In this document: piece after piece, positions 51,970 to 63,305 of the stretch
Position numbering within the stretch: position 1 is the first letter of the stretch
Layout: each line of letters begins with the position of its first letter
From: Carcharhinus amblyrhynchos
Taxonomy: Eukaryota
Direction of reading: 5' to 3'
Assembly (NCBI GenBank): GCA_965287045.1
Contig: OZ336885.1
Span: 36,890,001-36,954,000 of the forward strand
Length of the DNA: 64,000 bases
Position numbers and translations under genes: made by a program
The notes under the pieces: generated by a model
The model's input: the letters and a program-made list of their open reading frames with translations, nothing else
Told to the model about the DNA's origin: nothing
The model's database searches: none

Positions 51970-52500
51970 TCTCTCCTCCATTGATCAGCTCAGTGGGACT
52001 ATACTCCCTTGGTCCCACTTTTGCCTATCCAATTGTACCTGGTGCATCACTAGCAATGGCTTCTCTTCCAGCCATGTACCACAACAATTCCCCAAGGATC
52101 TTTCTTTTCCCATCTCCTCTTCTGTATCGGTAATATTATTTGCAGGCATGAGACCAGCTTCCATATACATGTAGATAAAGCTGATCATTATCTCTCTTTG
52201 TTTTGTCAGACTTAAAACAACCTTTGTCCGATGAACATTAAGTTCCTCCAACTAAACACTAAGACTGTAGCAATTGTCTTTTGTCCCCGTCACAAAATCA
52301 ACACTCTCACCACCAATTCCACCCTGTTCCTTGCTCAATTGTCTTTTGCAAGTGTCTCACTCAACCCTGAACTGAGTTTCAGGGCCATTTCACCTCCATC
52401 ACTATGATCTACTCATAATATGTACAGACACTCATCCCGATCTAAGTTTATCTACATGAAACTTTCATCCATGCTTTTGTTATCTCTAGCTACAGCTACC
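51970..52500 (+). mobile_element. Degenerate L2-type LINE fragment
   Basis: Motifs FLQLNTKT and ETFIHAFVISS (L2 LVHAFVTSRLDY-like). Confidence 0.6.
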
Positions 52501-52519
52501 CAGTTGGTTGGGTTGATGT

Positions 52520-52760
52520 GCTCAACATACACAGAGCCTGAGGACACATGCCAACTGACTCAAGAACAGCTTCTTCCCTGCTCCCTTCAGACTTTAGAAT
52601 GGACTTACCTCACATAAGTTGACCTTTCTCTACACCCTTGCTATGACTATAACACTACATTCTGCACTCTCTCTTTTCCTTCCTTACGTACAGTATGCTT
52701 TGTACCAAATGCAAAAAGCAATACTGCATGCTAATACATGTGAAAATAATGAATCAAACA
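52520..52760 (+). mobile_element. Rex1/Babar-like LINE 3' end
   Basis: SLRTHAN*LKNSFFPAPFRL (Rex1 RLKNSFFPxAIRLLN-like), then a 3'UTR ending TACATGTGAAAATAATGAATCAAA. Confidence 0.6.
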
Positions 52761-53171
52761 GAATGCAGATTTGAGGTTACTATTCGATCAGCCATGATCT
52801 TATTAACTGGCAGGGTAGGCTCGAAGGGCTGAATGGCCCACTCCTGCTCTTTGTTTGTAAATTTGAAGTGCATATCTGCAGAAGCATCAACATGGTGCTT
52901 CAGGATGCTTCTGTCACCCTGGCATTAGCTGAATCATACAGGGCACAAAGGATGAATCTCTGAGTTAGTTTTAGCAAAGGCAGCACTAATGGCACAATAG
53001 AGAAGAAAGAAAATATCAGTGAGGCATTTTTCTCCTGATTACTGATATCTGTTAAAAATGTACATGTGCTGCCGTTAACAAGGGACACAATCAGGATTGA
53101 TATAATGGCCTATCCACCACTGGGATCTTTAAGTCCCACTGAAAGTTGGTCTGCCACATTCCCCGCAGCAG

Positions 53172-53488
53172 GTTTAAGTTATTTTTTAGTTTATTTATTC
53201 GTGTCACAAGTCGGCTTACATTAACACTGCAATAAAGTCACTGTGAAAATCCCCTAGTCGCCAGACTCCAGCGCTTGTTTGGACACACTGAAGGAGAATT
53301 CAGCATGGCCAATCCACCTATTCAGCACTTTCAGATTGTGGGAGGAAACCAGAGCACCTGGAGGAAACCCACACAGACACGGGAGAACGTGTAGACTTCT
53401 CACAGACTGTGACCCAAGCCAGGAATCGAACCTGGATCCCTAGAGCTGTGAGGTAGTAGTGCTAACCACTGTGCCACCGTGCCACCAC
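53172..53488 (-). mobile_element. HE1-like V-SINE type B, full length, apparently inserted in a small MITE-like remnant
   Basis: Head GGTGGCACGGTGGCACAGTGGTTAGC and B box GGTTCGATTCC on the minus strand, plus the type-B tail. Confidence 0.9.
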
Positions 53489-53774
53489 AAATCCTGCCAC
53501 AGTGATAACGGAAAATCACGGCCAATGCCTCCATTATTCAATCACTTCCTGACAGCAAGACTTAGGCATAAATAGTTTAGATATGGTGCCAGAGGGAGCT
53601 TGTAGAGGTGAAGCCAATGAAGATTCAAAACATTCAGCAGATGAGGGGATAGAATGCTTGATAGAGAAACTGAATAAGCATTGCCTTTCTGACTTTGTAT
53701 ATATCTAATCTCCATATCCATAGATCTAAATTAGCACAAGGGTAACCAGAACAAATTATTGAACTATTTCCATT

Positions 53775-54135
53775 CTTCTTGTTTGTCCTTCCAAGCGAAG
53801 ATGATCATGTTAACATCTGGGCGTTTGATAGGCTCCCAGTGGGTACGGAGAAGACTGTTCAGGTCGATTTGTACCTGGAATGTTCTGTTGTAATTAGAAT
53901 AGGATACACAAGACAATTGAGTTTTGGGGGAGCTGCCAACTCAGGATTTCCTCTCCTGCCTTTGAAATGTGCTTGCTTTTGAAGGAGACCGCACCTTGTT
54001 TTATCTCGTGCAGTGATCCTGGATAAACTTCTGCCAGAATTTAGGGTCGATATCAAAACTCCGAAGTGAATCTGACAGAATATCCTTGTAGCATCCCGTT
54101 TGATTGGAATGCACCCTGGACTCAAGCTTACTGTC
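53775..54135 (-). mobile_element. RTE LINE 3' end fragment
   Basis: Minus frame CYKDILSDSLRSFDIDPKFWQKFIQD...NRTFQVQIDLNSLLRTH resembles the RTE C-terminus (RYKDxLK.SL...IDP..WE.LAQDR; degenerate C2H2 IGLxSHLRTH), followed by a short 3'UTR. Confidence 0.7.
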
Positions 54136-55609
54136 AAAGACTTACTTTAGTAAGCGAGTGTCAGGCACTCTGGTTACATGACCAGCGTAGTTCAGGCACA
54201 AGTAATATATAAGTAGAATGAATGTGAAGTATTTGATACTTGATATAGACATTTAGGCTTATTTACCGTATACGTAAATAGGAATTTTCATATCGGAGGT
54301 GATTTCCATCTGAATAAACTGACAATTCATGAGATTGGAGGAGTTAATCCACGTAAATCCATTCAGCAGTGATATTAATTCCATATGCTTTTCATTATCA
54401 GATATCAAACTGGCTCATCCATTGACCTTTCGGATGAATGATCCCATTTGCCAACAGAGTTTGGTGTTTAGGAAATTAGGTTGCTGAATAGCTTCCAGGA
54501 ATCGCAGATTTAAAATCATCTCCATTATTCCTAGCAGGTGTGTTTGTTCATGATAAAGGTGCCTAAATGCAGCAAAAAAGCACGTTGCCCCATCTAACTT
54601 GCAATTGCAGATCAGATTTTCACAGATGAAAATTTCAAGAATTAGAAGTTAAAGTAAAGAAATGTTTGCCACATAATTTCAGCTCCATGCAAGTTTTAAA
54701 CGGGTATATGGGCCAAAACTGCCTATGAACTATTCAATCACTGCAGGCTTCGTGACCAGCCAATTCCTGTCCTCACCTGACATCACAGCGAGTTAACAAA
54801 TTGTGAGTGATTCATTTTGCAAATCTAAACTAATGTAACTGACCTTTTTTTAATCTCAGCTACTTATTCTGGAAAAATCACAACTATACCACATGGAATC
54901 TTTTAGGACTCCTAAGACTTTCCAAAAGAGGTTTTGGACACGAACCAGATTCTTTTCGTGTTACCTTTGAACTGTGTTGTAAGCCGACCTTTTAGCTGTT
55001 GTACTTCATGTTTTCAGATCCTTCTATATGAGCTTTATGCACCTCATAAAACTACATGTGTTTATGTGTTTTAGAAACTATCAAAAAAAAACTAAGCACG
55101 AACATCAGTTAGAAATGTAATGATCAGAGTTCTAGGTAACACAGTGGTTTAGGCTCCGTTCAGCTCCCTGTGCCTAAATGACTCTTGTGGTGACTCAAGT
55201 AAATGTATTCAAATGGATTACAGCTGACCATTTGCCTCAATGCCGGGTTTCGAAAGCTGCCAATGGGTATGGCTGAAGTCATTAGCACCTACCATCGAAT
55301 CTTTCCCATGGCAATCTATACTCCAAGGCGAGGTCCAAAATAATTCTCCAGATAATCTCTTTCGAATCAGAAAAATACTGATAAAATGACAAACAAACCA
55401 ACTCTTTACTAATCTTTAAGTGTCATGTTACTCCCATACAGGGACCCAAATTGGTCATGGGCAAAATAAATACAAAGTACAGCATGAATCATTAAATTGG
55501 CAAGTGCAATTCTGTGGTGGAATTGACACATCTTTATATCATGAAAATTGCACTACCATTACAGAAAGGGAAACATTTCACCCCGTGTGCTTTGACCCAA
55601 ACAATCATG

Positions 55610-55834
55610 GCAAACAGTCTCACAACACCAGGTTAAAGTCCAACAGGTTTATTTGGAATCATGAGCTTTCGGAGCACTGCTCCTTCATCAGGTGAAGATT
55701 CAACGGTTCATCCGATGAAGGAGCAGTGCTCCAAAAGCTTGTGATTCCTAATAAACCTGTTGGACTTGAACCTGGTGTTGTGAGACTTTTTACTGTGCCT
55801 ATCCCAGTCCAACACCGGCAGCTCCACATCATGG
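55610..55834. mobile_element. Non-autonomous Penelope-derived inverted-repeat element with a 13-bp target-site duplication
   Basis: Direct repeat CCAAACAATCATG at 55597-55609 and 55835-55847. ~80-bp inverted arms at 55616-55696 and 55707-55787. Tail CCCAGTCCAACACCGGCAGCTCCACATCATG, with a related tail at ~48660-48688. Confidence 0.85.
55660..55694 (-). ncRNA. Minimal hammerhead ribozyme motif with canonical core
   Basis: Minus strand: CAC-CUGAUGA-A-GGAGC-AGU-GCUCC-GAAA-GC-UC-AUG. The plus-strand copy in the other arm is mutated (CCGAUGA...AAAA). Confidence 0.7.
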
Positions 55835-56384
55835 CCAAACAATCATGTCTTTGAACCTAACTGAGATAGATAAAACATTTTTCTGATGAGTACTAATTCC
55901 AAACGAAATGAATGTCCCATTGCTGACTGAGCGAATACAAATGAAATAGATTGCTGTTACCTATTGCTATTAGGGTAATATCAGTTAAAAGGGTAATTAT
56001 ATTATGTAGTGCAGGAAATAAAAAAAATTGTGACTGAACAGTGTGGAGGAGACACTTCTCAGAAGTTAAGATCTCAGGTACAAATTTAGATAGGGAGATT
56101 TCGATATTGCATTTAATCCTTTCATTTTGGAGCTGGAAGAAGTTGATGCTGTAAGCGAACAAAAGTCAGTACAGGGAGAGATAGTCTGACAGGGGCTAGG
56201 AAACCTGTCATTCCTCATCTTTATGAGTTCAAAATGACAAGAGATACCTGCATGAGATTTTGTTTTAAAAAGAGATTTGTGATACTCAACATTTTCATTT
56301 TTTAAAAAAATCTGTATCATATTTTGTAAAGGTTCTTGTACTTCAGTTACACCAAGAACTTTATGACAAGAATTTTTTTCTTAC

Positions 56385-57239
56385 CATCATCCAGGTACGC
56401 CTGGTCCAGATTCTGTGGTTCCTGCTTCACTGTGACTCCGGTAACTGGATGTTCCTTCTCTTGCTGATCCAGTATCAATGATGTAAGCTGAGTTGGTGAA
56501 GTGCCATTTTTGGAAACCTTCTGGATTGCATTGGAATTTTGCTGCTGCTGCTGCTGCTGGATCACGGCCGCATACTGATTTGGATTACTTTTTTGCACAT
56601 GGTGTACTGCTTGTGGTGTAGTGGACCGCACAATAGGCACATGGGCATCATTCTCTGAATATACCTGGCGCTGGTAATCCTGGTGGCTGCTGTATCTCAG
56701 CTGCTGGCTGGTTGGTGAATGGTGAATCAGAGAAGATAACTGCGGATGGGTTGGGGAGTGTTGGATCAGAGATGACTGATGATTGGTTGGAGAATTGTGA
56801 ATCATGGAGGAAGACTCGTGGTTGTTATGGGAATGATGGATTATGGTGGAGGACTGATTGGTTGGAGAGTGGTGCGTCATAGAAGACTGGGCAGGTGACC
56901 CAGCGTGCACCAGCACTGATTTGTGGCCATCTTGAATTATGGGAATCGATGGCCCCATAACTGCAGATGGTTGATAGCCAAGATGATTAGGGCTGCCATT
57001 TTTGGATCTCTGATAGACAACCCCTGTTGGATTCTGCTGCTGGTATTTAGAATCATGTGGAGAAAATCCAGACCGACAGGAAGCCATGTTTCCCCCAAGG
57101 CAGGAAGTGGGGTTAGTGACCATTACTGGAGTCATGGCCTGCTGTGAAGAATAGAACTGAGACATGGCTCTATAATGTCCAGTGGTGCAGAAAATGGCTT
57201 CTTCACACTCATCAGTAGGTTCTGTTTTAATAATAGGTA
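56385..57239 (-). CDS. NFATC2: NFATC2 large C-terminal-domain exon (855 nt, phase 1-1), VPIIKTEPTDE...VKQEPQNLDQAYLDD
   Basis: Acceptor tttatttcag|TA CCT and donor GAT GAT G|gtaag. Matches human NFATC2 motifs IKTEPTDE, YQQQNP..YQRSK, HRSVLVHAGS and IKQE-QNLDQTYLDD. Confidence 0.97.
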
Positions 57240-59116
57240 CTGAAATAAATAACATGGAAAGTACATTTATTCTCAGCTCATGTTAACATACTTACAACTA
57301 CTGAACAATATGTAGTCACAATACAAATTAGTTAAGCTATTTAATACTTGGTCTTTTAAAAGCCCAGGGCCAATAAATTTGCTATGCTGGTGTACACGAG
57401 GTAAATACTTAAAGGGAAAGGAAAGACAACCAGTAAGGTGCATGCGATGAGGGGAGTGGGGTTTGTGGGGAGGAGAGGGGGGTGGTTGGTGAGGGTGAAG
57501 AGGGGGCAGAGGAGACCAACAGTCAAGTTGAACAGTGATTGGTAGAAGCCAGTGGTTTGAATGTGAAGCCAAGACTGAACACTCCTTCATCATCCAACTC
57601 CATATTTAGGCACACATTTTTATTCCTATCTTTATGTTCGCAGTTTCTCAAAAGTTCAAAGGCATTTTGACCTGATTTCCCTGAGTGCAACTGGCCTGGC
57701 CCCACCCATGTTACAGGCAGCCCGGTTAGGCACAGAGGACCTTAAGCAGGTGTGTGGCTTCGCATCTGCTTATGGAAATGAGCAAAAGCCATTTTGAGCC
57801 ACAGGCCTTGGAGACTTCCAAACCAACATGGTGGAAACTTCTGGTTTATAACCAGCCTGTGATTCCTTCTTGTCAAGTTGGATGTATCAGTTTAGTATCA
57901 GAGAAAACAGCTGTGGCACCATCACATTTTCAGCCCCAAATGTTTCACTTAGAACGTTGCTCAGAGGGGTTCACATCAGATGACGTTTGTTATATGATAC
58001 CCATATGAAGTGAAGAGCTTCAGTGTTTAGAATATTCCTTTTCAATATCAATGAAAAATATTTGCTTTAAAGCAAGCACGTCTTCAAATTCATGATATGA
58101 GTAGAATAATGAATGGCATTACATCTTTAGATTCAGACTATCCTACTGCATTCCATTCAATGAGGCGCTGGAAAGTTATTGCCTGTTTAGCTAACCTTTT
58201 AGAAATATTTTAAGGTGTTCTTTGCCCTTTTTACAAAAGCAATCCAGCTTCTGTATTTCACATCACTCTCGTAAAATGAAGCTAAATTGCTTTGTTAATG
58301 TAGTTAAGTTGCTAATGTACTTTCACTGGCCCTGATAATTCGGAATGTTTCTGCTATTAAGGCTGGATAGGAAGCAGAAAAGTGCTTTCGGAACTGAACC
58401 CTTCCTGTGCTGTACAGGATAATCCTCATATCTCCAAAATGCAGCAGCGCATCGCAACATTTGAACTTGTTTCAGAGATCTTATTGATTAATAGGTGTGC
58501 AAGCAAACGTGTAGATATTAATATAATACAGATTTGTAATAAATATGGATCTCAGCTTCTTAAAAAAAAATCAACTGCCTCATTATAAACTGTATTCAGG
58601 CTTTATGGACGCAGTGGTCCTTTTCTTATGTAGCAATTCAAATAGTGGAAACTAAATTTAACCTAACCTATTTCTCTGAAGGTTTCAACTAGCCCAAATC
58701 AAATTAACTAAAATTGTTCAACAACCTCAGTTCATTAATTACCCTGAAAGAAGTTGCTGGGGCTTTCTGGATTTTAACTTTTAGCTACATGCACAAACTA
58801 ACCACCAATCATGCTCATAACTAAGAAAATGTGCACAATATGCATTTGTTTGACTGTGGCTTGGCTTCTTCCATAAGCTTTAAGGATAGCTGAAAGAAAA
58901 CCTGGCAACATTTGCATTGAGTTAGCCTGGAGACATGGTTCTGACTGCAGCTGGGTTTTTTTTCTCATTCAATTCCTTGTCCCAGTGTAAGTCAGGTGGT
59001 CAGTATGTTTCATCCAAACACCAACTTGACCCTGGCTAAACCAAGCAACTCTCTGGATTCAACTACGTCGAACATTTAGGACTAGGGAATCCATGATGTT
59101 TCTTCACATCATTTAC

Positions 59117-59246
59117 CTGCAGGCAAGTACACAAATCTCTGTGGTTGGCTCCTTTTCCTTTTCCCATTGACAACACAGAAGTTCACCTTGGCTGCTGTGC
59201 GGATATGTTGGTTCCGATAGCGGGGAATTTCAACAAAGAGAATGCT
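59117..59246 (-). CDS. NFATC2: NFATC2 exon, IPT/RHR-C domain end with NLS: SILFVEIPRYRNQHIRTAAKVNFCVVNGKRKRSQPQRFVYLPA
   Basis: Acceptor ttctctatttag|AGC and donor GCA G|gtaaat. 130 nt, phase 0-1. Contains the NFAT signature NGKRKRSQPQ. Confidence 0.97.
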
Positions 59247-60699
59247 CTAAATAGAGAATAGCAGAAGGTAAAAATGCAGCCACGAAATGAAACCCTATTC
59301 ATTCTTTTGCCATTTTTTGCAAAAATTCTACAAAATGCAACAAACAGGTTTGTTTCTATTATTCCAGTAACCAGTTTGACGGCGTATTTCTTCCCTTTAA
59401 GAATAAAATTGTGGTTGTACTACCCATCCAAAATGCTCATTCTATGCTTATTATTATGTTTTATTGCCTAATGTTTTGCAATTATTATGGAGCTCCGTAT
59501 TCAAACTTAGCTGAGAGCTTAACTGTGGGATGGTAGAAGGTGTAACAGCGTTGCATTTGCTACGCAACTTTCCAATTTGGGTCCATTTGCTAGCAACAGA
59601 CAACTCCACAAACTCAAGATCCTCACTGAAGTATCAAAGCTCTTGATCTTTTCTTATCAGTAAATTAGTGCAACTTTTACAGAATTAGATCAGTTTGCAT
59701 ATCATTTGTTCTACACTTTGCATGGTAAGCAAAACATCACAAAGGATATTAGAGTCATGACTGAGTAATCAGTGACTGGTGGACCATTCTATTTGTGTAA
59801 AAAAAAAATAGAAACTGAGCACCCTGAAATGGTCAATGCCATTATGTCCTCAGGAATACCCAATATTGTAAACTTCAAATCATGGCTAGGCATTCAGTGT
59901 GAGTGCACTGGAAGTAGTATACATTTGACTTGGGGACTGAAAAATCTGAGCACTGCAATCATCCACTTCAATAATGGAAGGTCATTGACAGAGATCTGGG
60001 CGCAGGTTATAAATCTGCCCTCCCAAGAAGTAATAAACATTAAATGCTGCATAGTGCAAAGGTCCATAAAGATTGAGAAAAGTAATGTGATGCTTTAAAA
60101 AAGTCCATAAAATTGAAAATGCTGCTCAACTTCAGTCATGCAAAATTTGAGAAAGTAAGTGAACATTACATGGATAGATTAAATTAGATTAACATTTTCC
60201 CTCATGTGTACCTGGAAAGGAAAACTCTATTAATGCAGTAATAAGCTTCCATAAAACTAATTACACTCCACAGCGGAATACCTTTATGCTTTATCATTAC
60301 TGACACCTCTTTAAATACATATAACTTGATGATACTCGTAAGATCTTATCAGAGGCCAACAGAGAATGCCATTCTGCTAACTTCGCCTGACCTGATTTTG
60401 GGGTGGCTGTGCCAGTAGAATTCCGGCATATTTTACCAATTTGTGCCTTAATTGATTAAAAAAACTGCAATATAATCAACCATCCTTAGCAGAGTTATTG
60501 ATCATTGTAACTTCATAAAAATCTGAAATGTTGACCTTAAAAGCTACATCAAAATGGAATTTGCATAAAACTATGTTAATACATCTGGCCTGGTTTCTGT
60601 TGCTTATCCAGCCTTCAGAGAATTAAATAAATCACCTTGCTGACATAAAAATCATTAACATGGCGAGTCCCAACCCACCTGCTTACATTAGGCAATGCT

Positions 60700-61040
60700 T
60701 AGGATTTTAAACTTGTGTTGACAGAGAACTAGTATGGATGAATGAGGACAGGAGTAATTGGTGTGCAAGACTTGGAGTGGGACCAAGATATGGGCACTGA
60801 ATTTTGAACAATTTGAAATTTATGGAGGCAGTGGCCAATAGGAGGAATATTGGATAAATCAAACCAAGAAGTCCATCAAAGACGTAGCTAAGGGTTTGAA
60901 CAAGAGTGGTGCTGAGACGGGAACAGATATTGCATAGTTGAGAACGTAGGATGTGAGGTTTGAAGTTAAGATCTAGGCCAAACAGGTTGGTGTACACATT
61001 CGTTGTGTCTGATTGGGTAAGGGAATGATCTCTCTGATAT
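60700..61040 (-). mobile_element. Degenerate L2-type LINE fragment
   Basis: Minus strand NLFGLDLNFKPHILRSQLCNICSRLSTTLVQTL...INFKL resembles an L2 RT C-terminal region. Confidence 0.5.
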
Positions 61041-62111
61041 TTAGGCGGAAGAAATTTTGACCCATTCACAACTAGGGGCAGCATTTAATGGAGGAGACAA
61101 GGGATCTAACCTATCAGCTAGAGAGTCGGTGACGGCCCTGCCTTGCCTTCTTTACGGAAAGGTCTACTGCAATAAGTGCCATTCAGGCATTTAACTGGAC
61201 AGCAGCAGGGGAAGAGTTGGAGAGGGGAGGAGGAAGGTGGTGTTGGAGTGTGGGAAGGCAGGAACCGCGCTCAGCATTCCTCACCTCCCAATGTCGGTTT
61301 CCTCAACTTGGTACTGAGTGCCCTCAAACAAGGAAACCCCCTGGGAGCCCACAAGCAACCTTGCATGGGTTTGCTTGTTGTGCTCCCCACCTGGTGATAC
61401 CCCTGTCTGTCATTGAGTTAATACCAACAGTGGAAGGGTGAGACCTTTAGTTGGGCATTAATTACCCACTTAAGGGCCTGCCTCAATTGGTGGTGGGACA
61501 GGGAGGCCAACCACGAGCCATCCCATTATGAACATAGTCGGATGGAGACAAGAAAGTGGTGAGATCCCCACTCATCATCATCGGCAATTAAGTGCATCTG
61601 AAAGAGGGCATTAAATCCCACCACGCATGTGAGGCAAGCTGTCTGACAGCATGAAGATGGTGGTGGGGATTGTGGGAAGTTATGCAGAAGTAGAACTACT
61701 TAAAAATGGAAGCTTTGCACATAGATGATCTATAATGGCAACAAAATAGTGACAATTATACACAAGTCCTCAAAAGGATGAATATTCTACATTAGTGAAA
61801 AACCTATTTAACTGTAGAAGAACATTTGTTTTAATCTGGCTGAAATCAAGTTACCTCAGATGTATAAGTGTGCTCAATTCTGAATCTGCTTTATTCCTGA
61901 CAAATGCTGTTCTAATTATTGGCAGTTCAGTATAATTATCTTTATTTAAAATATAAAACAACATATCAGCAAATTTTCTTTAGTTTCTGCAACATTTATA
62001 CGACTTTCAAGGGTTAATAATATTTACTTAAATTTTAAAAGTATTACGAAACATCCTTTCCTCAATAAATTCTTACTCAAGGTAGAACATCCTTTTCAGC
62101 TTTATACTTAC

Positions 62112-62167
62112 AGGCTGGCTTTTATCTTTATCCACTGTTGCCTCTACCTCCCATATCTGTTGTCCAT
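62112..62167 (-). CDS. NFATC2: NFATC2 exon, IPT domain: (D)GQQIWEVEATVDKDKSQP
   Basis: Acceptor tttctttcag|AT GGA and donor CAG CCT|gtaagt. 56 nt, phase 1-0. Near-identical to human DGQQIWEMEATVDKDKSQP. Upstream exons lie beyond 64000. Confidence 0.97.
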
Positions 62168-63007
62168 CTGAAAGAAATGATTGAGCACCATTAATAATCA
62201 AAATGAATGATAACGTAAGTCTATTTAGAATTAGTATTATTCAGTGTCAAATGTGAGAGTCGATGCCTCTGTGTGCATTCTTAGAAGATCTAACATTATT
62301 CATTGAATCTACCAACACAAAATCAGCTGAATTTTTCCACCAAGATATACATTATTTGAATATTTCATACCACATAATGAAGCAAATGGCTCCACAGAAC
62401 ATATATAATGTGCGAAGAAACCACTTCCCATTAAACAAGGAGGTTTTGCAAACAGTAATTTGAAAAAAAAAGCCAATTCAAAGTGGCAGTTGCCTTTTAT
62501 TCTTATATCCATCAATCCAATATTTTAATTTGCATCATCAAATTTATAGTTGGCTTTCCAACACAGGTGTATGACTTTTACAAGTCTGCTAACCACATCA
62601 AAATAAACCTATTGTTTTAATGGGTCGCTGTTGGCCCAGCAGTAGGCCACAGAGGTGGTGATGCCCATGATACAATATCATGTTATCATCAGACATGCCA
62701 GTATTCCTTGTAGCAATATTGGTGTGACAAAACAACATAACCATGCCACAGATATGCCCTGCTCAAAATATAGTGACTGTTTTAGCCTGTATTCCAACGA
62801 TGCAGTAAGTTTATCAGAAACTGGTTGCATATTACAAAGGTGAGTGCAGGAGGATGATGCAATTAGTTTACTTTCTCAAGGGGCCTCATTGAAATATAAT
62901 GGAACCAAGAAGATATTTTCTTTCCTATCAAGAATCCCTGACAGTTAGATTCAAGAGATCTTGGGATTGTTGCTGTGTACACGAGATCTTGGAGGTAACC
63001 AATGGGG

Positions 63008-63305
63008 GTGGGATGGTGGCACAGTGGTTGGCACCACTATCTCAGAGCCAGGGACCTGGTTCAATTCCTGGCTTGGGTCACTGTCCGTGTGGTGTTTGCA
63101 CATTCTCCTCGTGTCTGCATGGGTTTCCTCCTCGTGCTCTGGTTCCTCCCAGAGAAAAGATGTGTAGGTTAGGTGCACTGGCCATACTAAGTTCTCCCTC
63201 AGTGTACCCAAACAGGCGTCGGAGAGTGGCGACAAGGGAATTTTTAACAGTAACTTCATTGCAGTATTAATGTAAGTCTACTTGTGACACTAACAATTAA
63301 ACTTT
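63008..63305 (+). mobile_element. HE1-like V-SINE type B, full length
   Basis: Head GATGGTGGCACAGTGGTTGGCAC, B box GGTTCAATTCC, V-domain and type-B tail. Confidence 0.9.

Noticed and set aside
53859-54137. 92-aa minus-strand ORF that could splice in phase with the LDD exon
   Set aside because: A different frame shows RTE LINE C-terminal motifs, and the putative acceptor has a poor pyrimidine tract with upstream AGs.
5073-56384. A direct sequence match to the mammalian ELIDTHLSWIQNIL alternative exon
   Set aside because: None was found by eye. Only the positional candidates at 24632-24673 and 16093-16321 are reported, and a tBLASTn search would be needed to exclude a diverged match.
56347-57255. 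302-aa ORF as a stand-alone gene
   Set aside because: It is the internal NFATC2 exon. The MLFIS start and the GKKK... end are intronic sequence beyond canonical splice sites.
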